DNA of 64,000 nt, taken from NCBI GenBank assembly GCA_022605425.2, contig JAKIMF020000005.1, forward strand, positions 868,001 through 932,000, in the 5' to 3' direction. Positions 61,206-64,000 of this stretch are shown in pieces (the stretch's first letter is position 1; the number at the start of each line of letters is the position of its first letter). Below the pieces are notes generated by a model. The model searched no databases and was not told where the DNA came from. It saw only the letters and a list, made by a program, of their open reading frames with translations. This DNA is from Hamiltosporidium tvaerminnensis FI-OER-3-3. Taxonomy: Eukaryota; Fungi; Microsporidia. Both the position numbers and the translations under genes were made by a program.

Positions 61206-62976
61206 TTTAAAGTTTCTGGCGTAGTTTATAACTAAAAAATAAAAAAATATTTTGATTGAACGAAAACAAGATTATAAAAACAATTTATTTTAAAATATGC
61301 ATATATCTAATTAAGATGTTTACATTTAAGAATTTATATTGTTTTTATTAAAAAATTTTGTGTCTCAAATATATTTTAATGTTTTATATTCGAATCCTCA
61401 CAAAAATAAAATAAGCAATATTTCTAGTTAATTAAAAAATTAAGTTAATTTATGGTGATTTGTACCAAGGTAGTATATGTATTTTTTTAAATGATTATAA
61501 TCCGATTTTTTTGTATAGATAATATTTATAAACTTTAAGAAATAGAGCAGGAATATCACCAAAATTAGAGAATTTAAATATTTTATAGTCATAACATCTA
61601 AAATTTAACAAAATAAATTTATTTTTTAGATTTATCGTCTTTACAATATTGCAAAAACTATAAGTTTTTCAAATCTAATACATTAAAATACAGGCTTAAG
61701 GTTTTTATTTTCCAGGAAATCGATTACAAAATTTTAATTTAATACGATCTATAAAATTGGTTAAGTCAGTACTAAAACATAAAATTCATTTTTTTATATC
61801 TTTAAAAATATTTTCAGGATTCCTAATAATCGGAATAAAGCATTGAAATTGAAACATATTTGTTTCTAATTTATTTATAAGTTTGATTAGTAATTTTATA
61901 AAAATTTTATATCCTACGATTTATAATACGTTTATATTTTATATTACAGATTAGTATTTGCCTAATTAACTTGATACTCTTAAAATATTTTTTTTAGAAA
62001 TATATTTAAAAGATATTTAAGCGCAAAGTTGCTTAAATAATGGTTCTATTTCATTCATAAAAAATTTTAAACGAAATGATATATTAATTACGGTAAATTC
62101 GAATAATTATGCGATTTAAAATATTAAGATAATCCAGGATTATTCATTTAATTTTCAGAGAATATTTATATTGTTATGATTTATTTTGTCATTTAAAGAA
62201 GATGACAGTAATTTGAAAAGATGTGCTCTTCGAGATTCTCACTTGCTAATCAGCAATCATTATCGGCTTCTCCCTTGTATGCCTCGCTTTTCAACGAACT
62301 CATGATTGTTTTGGTTTTTTCTTTATAAATAGAAGTATCGAAATTGTTTTAAATTCTTTCTTTTTTATTGTTAGCTACTTTTCCTACTTAACTACTCATT
62401 CCCTTCCTCTTTTACCTCTCGATGTCGAGTATGAACAAATAAAAATTTTCTATTTGTTTCTTATAATCTGTTGTAACGCGGGATTATAGGGGATCAGCCT
62501 ATAGATCCGATATGGTTTTAATTCTACCAAAATGTCAACAATGATTTTCACACCAATTATAGGCCCTCGTTGCCACTAATGGTTAAAATCTGGTTATTTC
62601 TCTCCAACCTAGCGATTTTTCCAAAGAATATAATGCCGTGTCAATGTTTCTGATATTAATCATCTTTTGGACAAGAATTCATTTAATCGTGCTTATCAAA
62701 AGTTTATAATACATAAATTTTCATAAATTGCTCCTTCAATTTCCAGTATTATTCATGTTGCCGGGTAATGTAAATATTTCTATAAATTTTAAAATTTTGT
62801 CATATGCCATCGAGCATTTTCTTAATTGAACAGCATTATTACATCATCTTAAATTATTCAGATGAAAATAACAAATACAATGGGAATAACTAAGATATTA
62901 TTTTCGAAACTAATATTTTGTACATTTCTATGTGTAAAAAGGAAGTGTAATATTTACCATTACCCTCCTTTTTATC

Positions 62977-63270
62977 ATGCAACGTACATTAGTTGGAATA
63001 ATTTCAGATGAAGATACAATAACAGGATTTTTATTAACAGGTTTGGAATTTACAAAAGAAAATCCAAATTTTATTGCAGTTTGTGATAAAACGACAGAAG
63101 AGGATTTAATTAAAAGCTTCCAAAATCTTGTTTCACGCGATGATATTTCAATAATATTTATTGGCGATTTTGCGTACAAAAAAATTTCAAAGACTATCAA
63201 AGAATATAAAGAAATGCTACCGTCAATTATGGAAATCCCTTCTAAACTTGGTGTTAATAAAGTTCATTGA
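62977..63270 (+). CDS. VMA7: V-type proton ATPase subunit F
   Basis: VGIISDEDTITGFLLTG...F..L..RDDISIIFI...LPSIMEIPSK is the V-ATPase F signature; CCC motif at 62963-62965. Confidence 0.95.
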   Translation: MQRTLVGIISDEDTITGFLLTGLEFTKENPNFIAVCDKTTEEDLIKSFQNLVSRDDISIIFIGDFAYKKISKTIKEYKEMLPSIMEIPSKLGVNKVH

Positions 63271-64000
63271 TTTTTTTAATTTTGTAAATTAGAATATTTT
63301 GATTCTTGATTTTTCTTAAGTAAAGAATGAAATTATAGATTTTTAATTCACTATTTATTTTTATCTAAATTTTGGTAATTTGGAATTTTTCGTTTTTCTT
63401 TATCAAAATCCGAATTTAGAATTTTTAATCCGACTATCAATTTTTATCCAAATTTTGGTATTTTTAATTTATGGTTCGAATCCTAGAGAACAGATATATT
63501 ATTTTCAGCAGAAATTTTGTAAAAATATGTGACATTATATTTCTACAACACAGGTCCTTTACAAAAAAAAATATAAATATACGAATTTTTTCGAATTTAT
63601 CATCACTTTCAAATTTCTGTTGGTAATAATCTATTGTATAATTTAGTACTGTCGCGAAGACGACGAACCACCTCGAAATGTTTTATTCCTTTGAAACAAA
63701 GAAGACAATAATAATGGTTTTTTGCTCAAAAATATGACTCTTCTGATTTGTTCTCAAGCCTTAGAAAACCAATAATAGAAAGTAAAACTAAATAAAAAAA
63801 ACAAATTAAAGTGTTTAATTGGTTCAAAAAATGGCACTAAATTTTGTAAAAATTGTTTCTAGAATGAGGTATGTGACATAGATAACGTTATAAATATATT
63901 TTTTTATTCTTTAAAGTAAAATTAAATGTTTTAATTTGTTCAGATTTTTTCTGAGAGTTTCACTAATATATAAAGAATTGAACAATATGATTAATACTTT

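Overview
Very AT-rich eukaryotic DNA from a microsporidian. The SSU rRNA is only ~1.3 kb and starts ACAGGTTGATTCTGCCTGAC, the 5.8S-like region is fused to the LSU, and CCC motifs lie just upstream of several ATGs. Gene style and one retroelement relic recall Hamiltosporidium-like species, but that is unverified recollection. Most of the window is a ~52-kb nested inverted duplication. The outer arms (~7650-20753 / ~47094-60169) each carry RRP4, a SMARCAL1-like helicase, a dead RLE retrotransposon and a full rDNA unit, with both rDNAs pointing inward. Inward from these come a ~460-bp diverged stripe, a 587-bp insertion present in one arm only, and near-identical 3.7-kb non-coding inner arms (21212-24923 / 42333-46046). 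These enclose a 17.4-kb unique core with no intact gene and one decayed APE-RT LINE. The flanks hold a RING-CH (Doa10/MARCH6-like) E3 ligase missed by the ORF track, a 112-aa candidate miniature eIF3j, V-ATPase subunit F, and several small non-autonomous retro-like elements, including a 236-bp bipartite RTE-like element with a 17-bp TSD. The leading hypothesis is an rDNA-flanked, inverted-repeat (imr-cnt-imr-like) centromere or a chromosome-end fusion relic; a mis-assembly must be excluded with long reads.
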